DNA from: Candidatus Bathyarchaeota archaeon
Lineage (GTDB): Archaea > Thermoproteota > Bathyarchaeia > TCS64
Assembly (NCBI GenBank): GCA_026014815.1
Contig: JAOZHP010000110.1
Coordinates: 1,047-65,046, forward strand
Direction: 5' to 3'
DNA: 64,000 nt
Made by a program: the position numbers and the translations under genes
Notes under the pieces: generated by a model
Databases searched by the model: none
Told to the model about the DNA's origin: nothing
What the model saw: only the letters and a program-made list of their open reading frames with translations
Shown here: piece by piece, positions 9,932-19,921 of the stretch
Position numbering within the stretch: position 1 is the first letter of the stretch
Layout: each line of letters opens with the position of its first letter

Positions 9932-10792
9932 ATGTTTCCTAGAGACCCCTGTAATTTTATCACATTTATTGAAAAATGTAACTATTTACAGAGTAACGGA
10001 CCATTTTGTTTTTATTTCAGACTACGGGATTCATTTAGATATGGTTTGACTATGCGACGAGATCTATCTGATGGCGATGTCCGCAGAATTGTCGAGGACT
10101 CAATCGATATGATCTCAGAGGCTCAGAGTCAATTAAATCTGAGTGTCGCGCCTCATCTTTCCAAGACCAAGAACAGGCTTAAAACTGGAAACTTCAAGGC
10201 GATACGCCTTAACAATAAGAGAAGTAAAAAATATGCAATGGATTTCGGGAGTTTCATTCCTCCAGCCACCATAATCCTCGATAAGCGTCTTCCTTCCTCA
10301 GATCACCCGTTGGATATGCCGGACTATGCGGAAACCTTGACAGCGTACAGCGCGATCCATGAAGTAGTTCACGCCGATGATCACACAGGCGGGGATAAAC
10401 TTCTGTTAGAGACGCGGAAGCACATCATTCGAGTTCATCAGGATAAACTGGAGAAAAGCATGAGCATTATAATGCAGGAGGGAGGTAGCAGCGCCATCAA
10501 GAACTTCGGTGACCTGGCGAGCCTATGGGCAGTCCAGTACGTGGACATGGTCACACATTACAGGAGCTACGTGGTGCTGCGACACAAAAAGTACCCCAAG
10601 CTGGATGAGCTTTGGAGTAGGCTAAGGAACGATTACTTCCCACCCAACCTGTTCACCTGTATCGAGTTAAGCAAAGGCACCGAGTACGTGTTCAGTCTAT
10701 TCAACGACCTGATTGGTGAGTACTGTCTGATAGAGGCCCTTGACGAGTACAAAGAGATCAAGGACAAAGACGCTTGCAGCTACACCGTATAA
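9932..10792 (+). CDS. Hypothetical protein with an HExxH motif (putative zinc metalloprotease). True start is likely near 10052.
   Basis: IHEVVHADDH motif and a basic N-terminal patch. The first 40 codons of the track ORF cover the likely promoter region. Confidence 0.4.
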   Translation: MFPRDPCNFITFIEKCNYLQSNGPFCFYFRLRDSFRYGLTMRRDLSDGDVRRIVEDSIDMISEAQSQLNLSVAPHLSKTKNRLKTGNFKAIRLNNKRSKKYAMDFGSFIPPATIILDKRLPSSDHPLDMPDYAETLTAYSAIHEVVHADDHTGGDKLLLETRKHIIRVHQDKLEKSMSIIMQEGGSSAIKNFGDLASLWAVQYVDMVTHYRSYVVLRHKKYPKLDELWSRLRNDYFPPNLFTCIELSKGTEYVFSLFNDLIGEYCLIEALDEYKEIKDKDACSYTV

Positions 10793-10825
10793 ATAAAAAC
10801 AGGAAGCCCCTTCTATCTGTTTAAG

Positions 10826-12583
10826 ATGCTCTTCGATACACTTGTCGAGTATTATGCAAAGCTAGAGGCTACAACCAAGCGCCTTGAGATGACGGATATT
10901 CTCACTGAACTCTTCACCAAGTCAGATGCGGAAGAGATAGACAAGATCATCTATCTGACCCAAGGCAAGATTCACCCTGACTGGAAAGGAGAACCAGAGA
11001 TAGGTATGGCCGAGAAGATGGTCATAGAGACTCTGGTGAAGGTCACAGGACTGAAGAAGGCCAAGGTAACAAGCCTTGTATCTGAGCTAGGAGATATCGG
11101 GCTAGTCGCTGAAGAGACTAAACGGGGAAAGAAGCAGGGAAACCTCTTCGCGAGGCAGCTCTCAGTGACGGACATCTACTATGGGCTCGACGAGATAGCG
11201 AGGAAATCAGGAACAGGAAGCTCCAAGCAGAAAATGGAGGCTCTAGGTGGATTAATCTCTGATTCCTCGCCGCTGGGAGCCAGATATCTTGCGCGGATGG
11301 TTGTAGGAAAACTCAGGCTTGGTATAGGTGATATGACTATTCTCGACGCGTTGTCGCAGGCTCACACAGGCTCCAAGGATGCGAGAGGCGTCCTTGAGAG
11401 AGCGTATAACCAAAGCAGCGACTTAGGGCTAGTCGCCAAAACCCTCGAAGAGGACGGTCTTGAAGGTATCGAGAACTTCCATGTAAGGGTCGGGAGCCCA
11501 ATCAGAGTCATGGCTGCTCAACGCCTCAGCACTTCTGAAGAGATAATCGAGAAGCTGGAGGGGCACTGTAGCGCCGAGTACAAGCTGGACGGTGAACGTT
11601 TCCAGATACACAAGGACGGGGAGACTGTTAACATCTTCAGCAGGCGCCTCGAAAACATCACCCACATGTACCCTGACGCAGTAAAATTCACACAGGAACA
11701 CGTGAAGGTGAAGGACGCCATCATCGAGGGTGAGGCAGTTGCATATGATCCGGATACCGGCAAGGACCTACCTTTCCAGACCTTGATGCAGAGGCGCCGC
11801 AAATACAAGATCGAGGAGATGATGAAGAAGATACCCGTCAGAGTGTACCTCTTTGACTGCCTCTACGCTGACGGAGAGGACTTGACTCTTACAGCGTACC
11901 CAAAGAGGATCGCGGCTCTGGAGAAAATCACCGACCAGAAAGACTATTTCAAGCTGGTTGAACGATTTGAGACCTCGGACCCCGAGGAGCTGGACAGGTT
12001 CTTCCAACAGAGCATCGAAGATGGTACAGAGGGACTCGTGGTTAAGTCAACGGGAGAGGAATCAATATACCGTGCTGGCGCCCGTTCATGGCTCTGGGTA
12101 AAGCTCAAACGAAGCTACCAGAGCAAGATGGAAGACCATGTTGACCTTGTCATAGTGGGTGCCTTCCATGGAAGAGGGCGACGCGCAGGAACATATGGCG
12201 CCCTTCTAGTAGCAGCATACGACCCTAAGAAAGACATCTACAGGAGCGTCTGCAAGGTTGGTACCGGGCTCACTGACGAGAACCTTGAACAGATTCCAAA
12301 GACCTTGGAGCCGTATAGACTCGACCATAGACATGCCCGCGTAGACTCATTGATGGAGGCAGAGATATGGTTTGAACCCGTCGTCGTGATGGAGGTGTTA
12401 GGAGACGAGTTGACTCTTAGCCCTAACCATACAGCTGCGTTCAACGAGATTAGGGAGGGCTCAGGGCTAGCAATCAGGTTCCCTCGGTTCACGCGGTGGC
12501 GTGACGATAAGTCCGCCGAGGAGACAACCACGGTTCAAGAGCTATTGGATATGTACAGTGCCCAGTTGAAGACGCTGGGTTAA
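10826..12583 (+). CDS. lig: ATP-dependent DNA ligase
   Basis: 585 aa. Adenylation motif EYKLDGER (KxDG) and a conserved C-terminal OB domain. Confidence 0.9.
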   Translation: MLFDTLVEYYAKLEATTKRLEMTDILTELFTKSDAEEIDKIIYLTQGKIHPDWKGEPEIGMAEKMVIETLVKVTGLKKAKVTSLVSELGDIGLVAEETKRGKKQGNLFARQLSVTDIYYGLDEIARKSGTGSSKQKMEALGGLISDSSPLGARYLARMVVGKLRLGIGDMTILDALSQAHTGSKDARGVLERAYNQSSDLGLVAKTLEEDGLEGIENFHVRVGSPIRVMAAQRLSTSEEIIEKLEGHCSAEYKLDGERFQIHKDGETVNIFSRRLENITHMYPDAVKFTQEHVKVKDAIIEGEAVAYDPDTGKDLPFQTLMQRRRKYKIEEMMKKIPVRVYLFDCLYADGEDLTLTAYPKRIAALEKITDQKDYFKLVERFETSDPEELDRFFQQSIEDGTEGLVVKSTGEESIYRAGARSWLWVKLKRSYQSKMEDHVDLVIVGAFHGRGRRAGTYGALLVAAYDPKKDIYRSVCKVGTGLTDENLEQIPKTLEPYRLDHRHARVDSLMEAEIWFEPVVVMEVLGDELTLSPNHTAAFNEIREGSGLAIRFPRFTRWRDDKSAEETTTVQELLDMYSAQLKTLG

Positions 12584-12594
12584 CCAATTTTTCT

Positions 12595-13797
12595 TTGGAT
12601 AACAATATAGACTACCAATTACTTGTTTTCTGGACTGTAATGTACGAGGACTTGCTAAGCAAACTGGATGACACATATACGTTACGGAAGCTTGAGGAGA
12701 TGATCAAGATTCCAAGCGTCGTAAAGGAAGAGAAAGAGCTGGCTCACTATTTGCAGGGTGAGTTAGAGAGCCTAGGAATGGAGACGGAGCTCCACATGGT
12801 AGAGCCGGGGAGACCAAACATCTATGGAAAGCTCAAGGGCAAAGGGGAAGGAAAACGAATCAACTTTGGTGGTCATATGGACACGGTTCCAGTTGTACCT
12901 TACTGGGATACTGATCCCTTCAAACCTGTTGTAAAGGATGGTAAAATCTACGGTTTGGGCTCTAACGATATGAAAGGGGGTCTCGCGTGTGTCCTCAACA
13001 TGATTCGAGCAGTCGCGGAGTCGGGTTACGAGTTCAACGGAGAACTCAGTTTCAGCGGCGTCATCGATGAGGAGGCTTTCGGCGAGGGCGCTAAGGCTAT
13101 GCTCAAGACAGAATACGGGAAAGTGGACGCTGTGGTCCTTGCGGAGCCGCATCTTGCGAACGAGCAGGAGCCAACAGCCCTCGGTATCACTGGGAAAGTT
13201 CTTTACGATATTTACGTGAAAGGCAAGGCAGCCCACGGGTTCAGTCCGGAGAAAGGTATAAACGCAGTGGAGCAGGCGGGAATCATTCTCGCTAACCTTC
13301 ACAAGCTTAGGATACCTGAGCATCCATTGTTCAAGGGTAACTACTCGACCCTGAAGATTGAAGGCGGGTATAAGGTCTACAGTGTCGTGGTTCCGGCTGA
13401 ATGTAGGTTTGAGGTGAACAGGCTTACTGTACCCGGAGAGACGATGGACTCAGTCATCAAGGACATGGAAGACCTTGTTAAGACGCTTAATCTTGACGCA
13501 GAGGTCGAGGTGAAGACTAAACCACCTTACTATTCGTCATATGTACTCGACAAGAATGAGCCGCTGATACAGGTCTTCGACTGGGCATATAGAGAAACAA
13601 CTGGAAAGAAGCCACACTATGGTTACAACAGCAGCATCACAGACGCCAACACGTTAACAGGAGAAGGTGGAATCCCATGTGTACATTTTGGCCCATACCC
13701 AGGAGGTTCTCATCAGAAGAACGAGTACACTACACTGGACTCGCTGCCTCCCGCCTCGAAAGTCTATGCTTTGATGGCTGCCAAGTTCTTATCCTAA
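12595..13797 (+). CDS. M20 family metallopeptidase (ArgE/DapE/acetylornithine deacetylase-like)
   Basis: HMDTVP and NDMKGG motifs. First of two tandem paralogs. Confidence 0.75.
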   Translation: MDNNIDYQLLVFWTVMYEDLLSKLDDTYTLRKLEEMIKIPSVVKEEKELAHYLQGELESLGMETELHMVEPGRPNIYGKLKGKGEGKRINFGGHMDTVPVVPYWDTDPFKPVVKDGKIYGLGSNDMKGGLACVLNMIRAVAESGYEFNGELSFSGVIDEEAFGEGAKAMLKTEYGKVDAVVLAEPHLANEQEPTALGITGKVLYDIYVKGKAAHGFSPEKGINAVEQAGIILANLHKLRIPEHPLFKGNYSTLKIEGGYKVYSVVVPAECRFEVNRLTVPGETMDSVIKDMEDLVKTLNLDAEVEVKTKPPYYSSYVLDKNEPLIQVFDWAYRETTGKKPHYGYNSSITDANTLTGEGGIPCVHFGPYPGGSHQKNEYTTLDSLPPASKVYALMAAKFLS

Positions 13798-13836
13798 GTT
13801 TTCTATATCTCTCAATATTCTTTCTAACTGAAACCT

Positions 13837-15000
13837 ATGATGGATGATATTCTGAAGCGGCTGGATGACGCTTACACGGTGAAGCTCAGCGAGGAGATGA
13901 TCGCCATCCCCTCAGTAACAGGAAATGAGGAGGAGCTCAGCCTCTACATTAAGGATAAACTGGAGAGCTACGGCATGAAGACAGAACTCCAGTATATCGC
14001 GGAGGGCAGACCCAACATCTATGGCATATTAGACTGGGGGAAGCCGGGTAAACGCCTAAACTACAACGCCCACACTGACACAGTTCCAGCTGGTGACGAC
14101 TGGGAGACAGACCCATTCAAAGCAGTCATCAAAGAGGGAAAACTCTACGGTCGAGGTGCCTGCGATATGAAGACAGGTATCGCGTGTACACTGAACATGT
14201 TAAAGGCAATCATGGACAGCGGTGTTGAGCTGGCTGGTGAGCTGAGTTTTAGTGGAGTAGTGGACCAAGAGGCCACCGATATCGGCGCATGGGCGATGAT
14301 GAAAGAAGAAAAATGGAGAAGCCTAGACGGCGTCGTCCTCACTTATAGTTACTGTGGCGACGAGACCAAACCCATCCCCCTCGGCCTCACAGGCAAGGTA
14401 CTATACAATGTGAACGTCAAAGGCAAGGCTGCCCACGGTTTCAGGCCTCATCTAGGAGTCAACGCAGTTGAGGACGCGGCCAAGATAATCGCCAACCTAG
14501 ACAAACTGCGTCTGATGGAGCACCCGGACTTCGGATCAGGCACCGTATGCACGTTGAAGACAGAGGGCGGGTATAAAAAGTACAGCGTCGTTGTCCCAGA
14601 GAGCGCCCGCTTTGAGGTGAATAGGTTAATCGTACCCGGTGAGAGCATCCAGTACGCTGTGGATGACATGGAGAGGCTGGTGAAAGAGCTGAGTCTCAAA
14701 TCCGAGGTGGATGTGGGAATCAAGCCACCCAAATATGAGCCGTACACAGCGTCAAAGGAAGACCCCCTCATGAGGATACTTGACGAGGTGTACAAGGAGG
14801 TCATGGGGAAGGAGCCCCTGTACGAGCACGCGTACGGCATCACCAACGCCAATATCTTCCAAGGAGAGCAAGGCATCGAGTGCATCCACATCGGCCCCCA
14901 GCGCGGGGGGGCGCATCAACCCAACGAGCATGTGAAGTTGGAGTGGCTTCCCCCCGTCTCTGAGATGTACGCTAGAATAGCTCTCGGGTACCTCTCCTGA
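13837..15000 (+). CDS. M20 family metallopeptidase, second tandem paralog
   Basis: HTDTVP and CDMKTG motifs. Collinear with 12595..13797. Confidence 0.75.
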   Translation: MMDDILKRLDDAYTVKLSEEMIAIPSVTGNEEELSLYIKDKLESYGMKTELQYIAEGRPNIYGILDWGKPGKRLNYNAHTDTVPAGDDWETDPFKAVIKEGKLYGRGACDMKTGIACTLNMLKAIMDSGVELAGELSFSGVVDQEATDIGAWAMMKEEKWRSLDGVVLTYSYCGDETKPIPLGLTGKVLYNVNVKGKAAHGFRPHLGVNAVEDAAKIIANLDKLRLMEHPDFGSGTVCTLKTEGGYKKYSVVVPESARFEVNRLIVPGESIQYAVDDMERLVKELSLKSEVDVGIKPPKYEPYTASKEDPLMRILDEVYKEVMGKEPLYEHAYGITNANIFQGEQGIECIHIGPQRGGAHQPNEHVKLEWLPPVSEMYARIALGYLS

Positions 15001-15091
15001 TTTTTCTTTAAACCCCCGCCTTCTGTTTGTCGTATTCGTCGAGGAATGACTAGGCTTAAAAATGATCACATTTGAGTGAAAAGAGAACAAG

Positions 15092-15424
15092 ATGAGCACA
15101 GAAGTTAGCTATAGGGACTTTAAGAAACTGGATATTCACATAGGCACCATCGCCGAGATAGAGAAGGTGAAAGGCTCAGACAAGCTCTACAAGATTCAGG
15201 TAGACATGGGTGATCATACAAGGCAGATACTCAGCAGCCTCGTAGATTACTACACCGAGGAGCAGATGCAAGGCAAAGTAATAGCTATAGTTTGCAACAT
15301 GAAGCCAGCCAAGATGTTCGGACACGTGAGCAACGGAATGCTACTAGCTGCGGAAACCAACGAAGGCGACCTTGCATTACTGACAACAGACCAAAGCATA
15401 GCTAACGGCGCTAAAATCACGTGA
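15092..15424 (+). CDS. tRNA-binding domain protein (Trbp111/CsaA/EMAP-like)
   Basis: OB-fold tRNA-binding motif DIHIGTIAEIEKVKGSDKLYKIQVDMG. Confidence 0.7.
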   Translation: MSTEVSYRDFKKLDIHIGTIAEIEKVKGSDKLYKIQVDMGDHTRQILSSLVDYYTEEQMQGKVIAIVCNMKPAKMFGHVSNGMLLAAETNEGDLALLTTDQSIANGAKIT

Positions 15425-15472
15425 TTTCCACATAGATTTTTATCGCGCCATTCTCACGCTGAACTGATTCAT

Positions 15473-15805
15473 TTGAGTTCAAAGTTACTTGTCATAATCG
15501 CAACTGGAGATAAAGCCAAGGCGCTAACGGGCCTCATGTACGCTAAGAACGCTATCGTACGTGAGTGGATGGAAGACGTTAAGGTGGTCTACTTTGGTCC
15601 ATCTGAGCAGCTCATGTACAGTGACGCTGACGTAGCGAACGCGGCGATCGAGATCGCGGGAATGAGCGAGACGTTCGCGTGTAAAGCTATCAGCGACCGT
15701 GAGGGGATAAGCGAGAAGATCGACGAGATGGGAGTCAAGGTCGAGTACGTGGGCACCATCATCAGCGACTACATAAAACAAGGCTACGTCCCCATGGTGT
15801 GGTAA
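15473..15805 (+). CDS. DsrE/DsrF-like family protein (tentative)
   Basis: 110 aa with an N-terminal LLVIIATGD pattern and a conserved Cys. Weak call. Confidence 0.3.
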   Translation: MSSKLLVIIATGDKAKALTGLMYAKNAIVREWMEDVKVVYFGPSEQLMYSDADVANAAIEIAGMSETFACKAISDREGISEKIDEMGVKVEYVGTIISDYIKQGYVPMVW

Positions 15806-16468
15806 ATGATCCTCGGGATAAGCGCAAGCGGCAGACCAGCAAAACGGGACGAGAACGGACGCCTTCTCTGCGGGGTAACAGAGGAGATGGTCAAGTACAT
15901 ATTAGAGAAAACAGGTGAGCCCTATGAGTACATGAGCCTCGGCGGCAAGACTATCAAGGGATGCCAGGCATGCCTCAAATGCGCAGGTACCAACACCTGC
16001 GTCGTCAAGGATGACTGGGCAGAGATCAGGGACAAAATGTTCGAGGCCGACGCCATTGTCTTCGGGGCTCCCAACTATTACGGCAGCATCAACGCTTTGG
16101 GTCACGCTTTCCTCGAACGTACATTCAGTCTACGTCACAGGTCCCAGTTCAAGCTCGCAGGTAAACTCAACGCCATCATAGCTATAGGCGGCGGCTCACC
16201 GAACCCGGCCGAGGAGTATACGAGAAAAATATTCCGAAGCAACTACATGACTGAGCCTGTCGGCGTTCTCAAAACCACGGGTCTTGGCCAGTGTTACCAG
16301 TGTGGCTACGGCGAGAATTGCGCGTCAGGCGCCGTCGTTCCACGACACGGATTCCTGGACGAGATCAAGGACTATCATCTGCCTCACGTCGAGGCTGACG
16401 CTTATAGGCGTGCGGATATTCTCGCTAACCGTCTCGGAGAGATAATTAGGGCCAACAAGAAAGCCTAA
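15806..16468 (+). CDS. NAD(P)H-dependent FMN reductase-like flavoprotein with a Cys cluster
   Basis: Flavodoxin-like MILGISASGR N-terminus and CQACLKCAGTNTC motifs. Confidence 0.55.
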   Translation: MILGISASGRPAKRDENGRLLCGVTEEMVKYILEKTGEPYEYMSLGGKTIKGCQACLKCAGTNTCVVKDDWAEIRDKMFEADAIVFGAPNYYGSINALGHAFLERTFSLRHRSQFKLAGKLNAIIAIGGGSPNPAEEYTRKIFRSNYMTEPVGVLKTTGLGQCYQCGYGENCASGAVVPRHGFLDEIKDYHLPHVEADAYRRADILANRLGEIIRANKKA

Positions 16469-18483
16469 GTTTTCCTTATTTTTACCGCGCATACCTTATA
16501 CTCAGGAATCTTGGCTTTCGGGTCAAGCGCGTTGTTGGTCAGTTTGTTAGCTGCTGCCTCGGCGTAGTGGAACGGTATGAACACTGTCCCTGGTTTTATA
16601 CGGTCCGTCACCTGAGCTTTTAACTCGATCTCCCCGCGCCTGCTGGCAACATTAACCGTCTCTTGGTCAACTATTCCCAGCGTCTCTGCGTCAACTGGGT
16701 TTATCTCCATGAACGCTTGATTCACTTGATCCGTCAAAGTCTGTGACCGCCGCGTCATGGTGCCTGTGTGCCAGTGGAAAAGAAGTCTGCCAGTTGTCAA
16801 GATGTAGGGGTACTCCTCGTCGGGGACCTCTGCTGGTGCCCGGTACTCGATTGCGTGGAACCTGCCTTTGCCTCTACTGAATCTTTCCTGATGCAGGATA
16901 TGTGTCCCGGGGTCACCGCTGTCTCTGCATGGCCATCGTAGGTCTTCTGATTCAAGTCGCTTATGGCTTATGCCACCGTAGAGGGGAGCCATCTTGGCAA
17001 GCTCATCCATGATCTCTGAGGGCTCACTGAACCGTCTCTCGTATCCTAGACGCTCGCCGAGTTCCTGAATGATCCACCAGTCAGGCATTGAGCCACCAAG
17101 AGGCTCTATGGCTTTCCTTACACGCTGCACTCGCCTATCCGTCGCGGTGAACGTTCCTTCCTTCTCGGCGAAGCTGCAAGCGGGCAGCACGACATCGGCG
17201 AGCATGGCTGTCTCGCTCATGAAGATATCGATGACTACGAGAAAATCCAGTTTCTTCAGCTGCTCCTCGACGTGGTTCAGGTCAGGGTCGCTTATCATTG
17301 GGTTCTCCCCCATCACGAATATGCCCTTGATGTCGTCTCCGCATGTGTTCATCATCTCTGTGAGTGTCAATCCCTTATTCAGCGGAGGTTCTACGCCCCA
17401 GATCTCCTTGACCTGAGCTCTGACCTCGGGGCTGGTGGTGCTCTGGTAACCGGGAAGATAGTTGGGTAGCGCAGCGACGTCGCACGCCCCCTGCACGTTA
17501 TTCTGCCCTCGGAGGGGGTTAACCCCGGTCCCGGGTTTCCCCACGTTACCTGTGAGCATCGCAAGGTTAGCCGTGCTCATGACGTTGTCCACACCAGTGG
17601 TGTGCTGAGTTATTCCCATGCTGAAGAAGAGGGAAGCCTTGTCAGCGGATCCATAGAGGCGTGCGGCTTCCCTGATCTTCTCCGCGGGAACACCTGTGAT
17701 CTCCTCTACCTTCTCAGGAGCATACTGCATGACTGCTTCCTTGAACTCGCTGAAGCCTTCCGTTCGTTCATCAATGAACTTCTGGTCGTGAAGGTTCTCG
17801 GTGAGGATTACATACATCATGGCGTTGAGTAGAGCCACATCTGAGCCGGGGTGTTGCTGCAAATAGATATCAGCGTACTCACTGAGATCGATCTCCCGTG
17901 GATCAGCGATTATCATCTTAGCGCCCCTCTTGACGGCGTTGATCATTCGCCTAGCTATGAGGGGATGCTGCTCACTGGTATTGCTCCCCGTGATGAAGAT
18001 AACGTCACTCTCCTCCACGTCTTCCTGACTGTTTGTCATTGCACCGCTACCGAACGCCGCAACGAGACCTGTTACAGTGCTGGCGTGGCATAGCCGAGCA
18101 CAGTGATCCACGTTATTTGTTCCTATAACAGCCCGTGCCAGCTTTTGCATCATATAATTATCCTCGTTGGTAGCCTTGGCTGAGCTAAAGAAGCCAAGAG
18201 AGTCAGGTCCATTTTTGGCTTTAATCTCGTTGAGTCTAAACGCGATCAGATCGAGGGCTTCCTCCCATGTGGCTTCTCTGAATGTGTCGTTTTCCTTGAT
18301 GAGAGGCATCTTCAACCGGTCTGGGTGGTGTATGAACTCGTGTGCGCTCCAGCCTTTGATGCAGAGTTTGCCTTCACCGGGTCCTCTTTTTCCGGGGGTG
18401 ACCGCTATAACAATTCCATTCCTGATATGGAGGTCAAGGTGGCATCCAACGCCGCAGTAGATGCATGTTGTGGTGACAATCAT
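16465..18483 (-). CDS. fdhA: Formate dehydrogenase alpha subunit (molybdopterin oxidoreductase), Cys-type
   Basis: N-terminal Fe-S motif CIYCGVGCHLD and molybdopterin domains. Cys at the Sec-equivalent position (ARLCHAST). Confidence 0.85.
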   Translation of the reverse strand: MIVTTTCIYCGVGCHLDLHIRNGIVIAVTPGKRGPGEGKLCIKGWSAHEFIHHPDRLKMPLIKENDTFREATWEEALDLIAFRLNEIKAKNGPDSLGFFSSAKATNEDNYMMQKLARAVIGTNNVDHCARLCHASTVTGLVAAFGSGAMTNSQEDVEESDVIFITGSNTSEQHPLIARRMINAVKRGAKMIIADPREIDLSEYADIYLQQHPGSDVALLNAMMYVILTENLHDQKFIDERTEGFSEFKEAVMQYAPEKVEEITGVPAEKIREAARLYGSADKASLFFSMGITQHTTGVDNVMSTANLAMLTGNVGKPGTGVNPLRGQNNVQGACDVAALPNYLPGYQSTTSPEVRAQVKEIWGVEPPLNKGLTLTEMMNTCGDDIKGIFVMGENPMISDPDLNHVEEQLKKLDFLVVIDIFMSETAMLADVVLPACSFAEKEGTFTATDRRVQRVRKAIEPLGGSMPDWWIIQELGERLGYERRFSEPSEIMDELAKMAPLYGGISHKRLESEDLRWPCRDSGDPGTHILHQERFSRGKGRFHAIEYRAPAEVPDEEYPYILTTGRLLFHWHTGTMTRRSQTLTDQVNQAFMEINPVDAETLGIVDQETVNVASRRGEIELKAQVTDRIKPGTVFIPFHYAEAAANKLTNNALDPKAKIPEYKVCAVKIRKT

Positions 18484-19370
18484 GCCAGTATGCCTCCTAT
18501 CTTGGCTTCAAAACCAGAGTCTTTCACCCGGTGGCTTCCGTATCCAACCTCTTCGAGGCTGTACCCCATGGCGAGGGCTAGATACTGAACGTAAAACAGC
18601 GCTGGCAGCTTAAAGTCTAGTTTCAGGGCGCGTCCCGCCATCATCTGCCCCGTGTCAAGCTGGGCGAGGCATTGGGGACAGATGACGTTGACGCTGTCTG
18701 CCCCAGCATCATACATTCCACGGAGCTTATCTCCGAGGAGTCTGTTGGCTGAGGCTCGGTCACCGAAATTGCTGAGAGTCCAGCCACAGCACTGAGTCTT
18801 GTAACTGTAGTCAAGGGGCTCCGCGCCGAGAGCCTTGATCATTCCGTCGAGGCGGACTGGGTTCAGTGGGTCATCGAACTCCATAACCTCGGGTGGACTC
18901 AATATGTGACACCCCGTGTGGCTGGCCACCTTGAGGCCCTTGAGCGGTTTCTCCACTTTTCCTCGAATTATTTCGAGGCCAATATCTTCACTGAGCACCT
19001 TGGCGAAGTGCCTAACCTTGATGGTTCCCTTGAACTGGTGATCTGTCTCAGCTAACACCTCGTTTACTTTGTCTCTGAGCTCTGTGTCCTGTTTCAGCTG
19101 CAGGTTGACCTGCTTCAACGTGTAGGTGCAGCCGTTGCAGAGTGTGATTATGTCATTGTCTTTCTCCTCGGCTATGGCGAGGTTTCGCGCCGAGATCACC
19201 GTGCCTGTGAACTTGTGGGGTAGGCTGACTCCCATGGGCTCGGGGCAACATGTGAAGCCGGTCACTGTATCAAGTTCAACTCCGAGTTCAGGGAGGATTT
19301 TATGTGCCAGTTTCTCGATGTGGGGCTGCCTGATGGGTATGAAGCAGCCCTTGAAGAAGCTATACCTCAA
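18480..19370 (-). CDS. hdrB: Heterodisulfide reductase subunit B-like (CCG-domain protein)
   Basis: CCG motifs (TCCPEP, CCGW). Overlaps fdhA by 4 nt. Confidence 0.7.
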   Translation of the reverse strand: MRYSFFKGCFIPIRQPHIEKLAHKILPELGVELDTVTGFTCCPEPMGVSLPHKFTGTVISARNLAIAEEKDNDIITLCNGCTYTLKQVNLQLKQDTELRDKVNEVLAETDHQFKGTIKVRHFAKVLSEDIGLEIIRGKVEKPLKGLKVASHTGCHILSPPEVMEFDDPLNPVRLDGMIKALGAEPLDYSYKTQCCGWTLSNFGDRASANRLLGDKLRGMYDAGADSVNVICPQCLAQLDTGQMMAGRALKLDFKLPALFYVQYLALAMGYSLEEVGYGSHRVKDSGFEAKIGGILA

Positions 19371-19864
19371 TCTTGGGCCTCCTTCAGTGAATTGAGTAAT
19401 TCGAGAAGCCCAGTCTTCTCGGCGATGATACCTAGTTCATGGTTTAATTTAACGGGCTCAAGGCCGAGGCGTTCACGTTGCCGCGTCGTGTTGGGGGTTA
19501 TTGGGAAAGCGTAACCTGTGGTTATGACTTGCATAAGTTCGCCTATGATTGATTGGGGTGCATGTCCTCCTTGAAGAGCCTGCTCCTTCATGGCCTCGAT
19601 GAAGTCGACGGGGCTCACCTCGTATGGACACATCTCCTCACATTTATGGCAGCTCACGCACTGCCATATGTTCTTGTTACCGGAAGGCTCTTCGTGGCCC
19701 AAGCAGTCGTACACATAGGTCTGTGTTGGTTTGAACTGGGCGTCGTACTGGGCGGGGCAGCTGTAGCCCTCTATGACGCAGCAGACCCCGCACTTTAGGC
19801 ATATCTCGGCTGCTTCCTTGATTCCGTGGGGCGTCTTGACTGAGTAAGGTATGTTTAGGACCAC
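19367..19864 (-). CDS. hdrC: Heterodisulfide reductase subunit C-like 4Fe-4S protein
   Basis: Two CxxCxxC-type clusters (CLKCGVCC, CVSCHKCEEMCP). Overlaps hdrB by 4 nt. Confidence 0.7.
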   Translation of the reverse strand: MVLNIPYSVKTPHGIKEAAEICLKCGVCCVIEGYSCPAQYDAQFKPTQTYVYDCLGHEEPSGNKNIWQCVSCHKCEEMCPYEVSPVDFIEAMKEQALQGGHAPQSIIGELMQVITTGYAFPITPNTTRQRERLGLEPVKLNHELGIIAEKTGLLELLNSLKEAQD

Positions 19865-19921
19865 TTTGATCTAGAAGAATTGGATTAATGGGCTAATAAC
19901 AGTTTATTGAAGGAAAAATTG

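Noticed and set aside
403-19798. Many 60-170-aa ORFs antisense to or nested in large genes (e.g. 726..1067, 4983..5468, 17069..17416, 33693..34364, 44628..45164)
   Set aside because: Embedded in well-supported longer genes on the opposite strand or in another frame, with compositionally biased translations. Treated as shadow ORFs.
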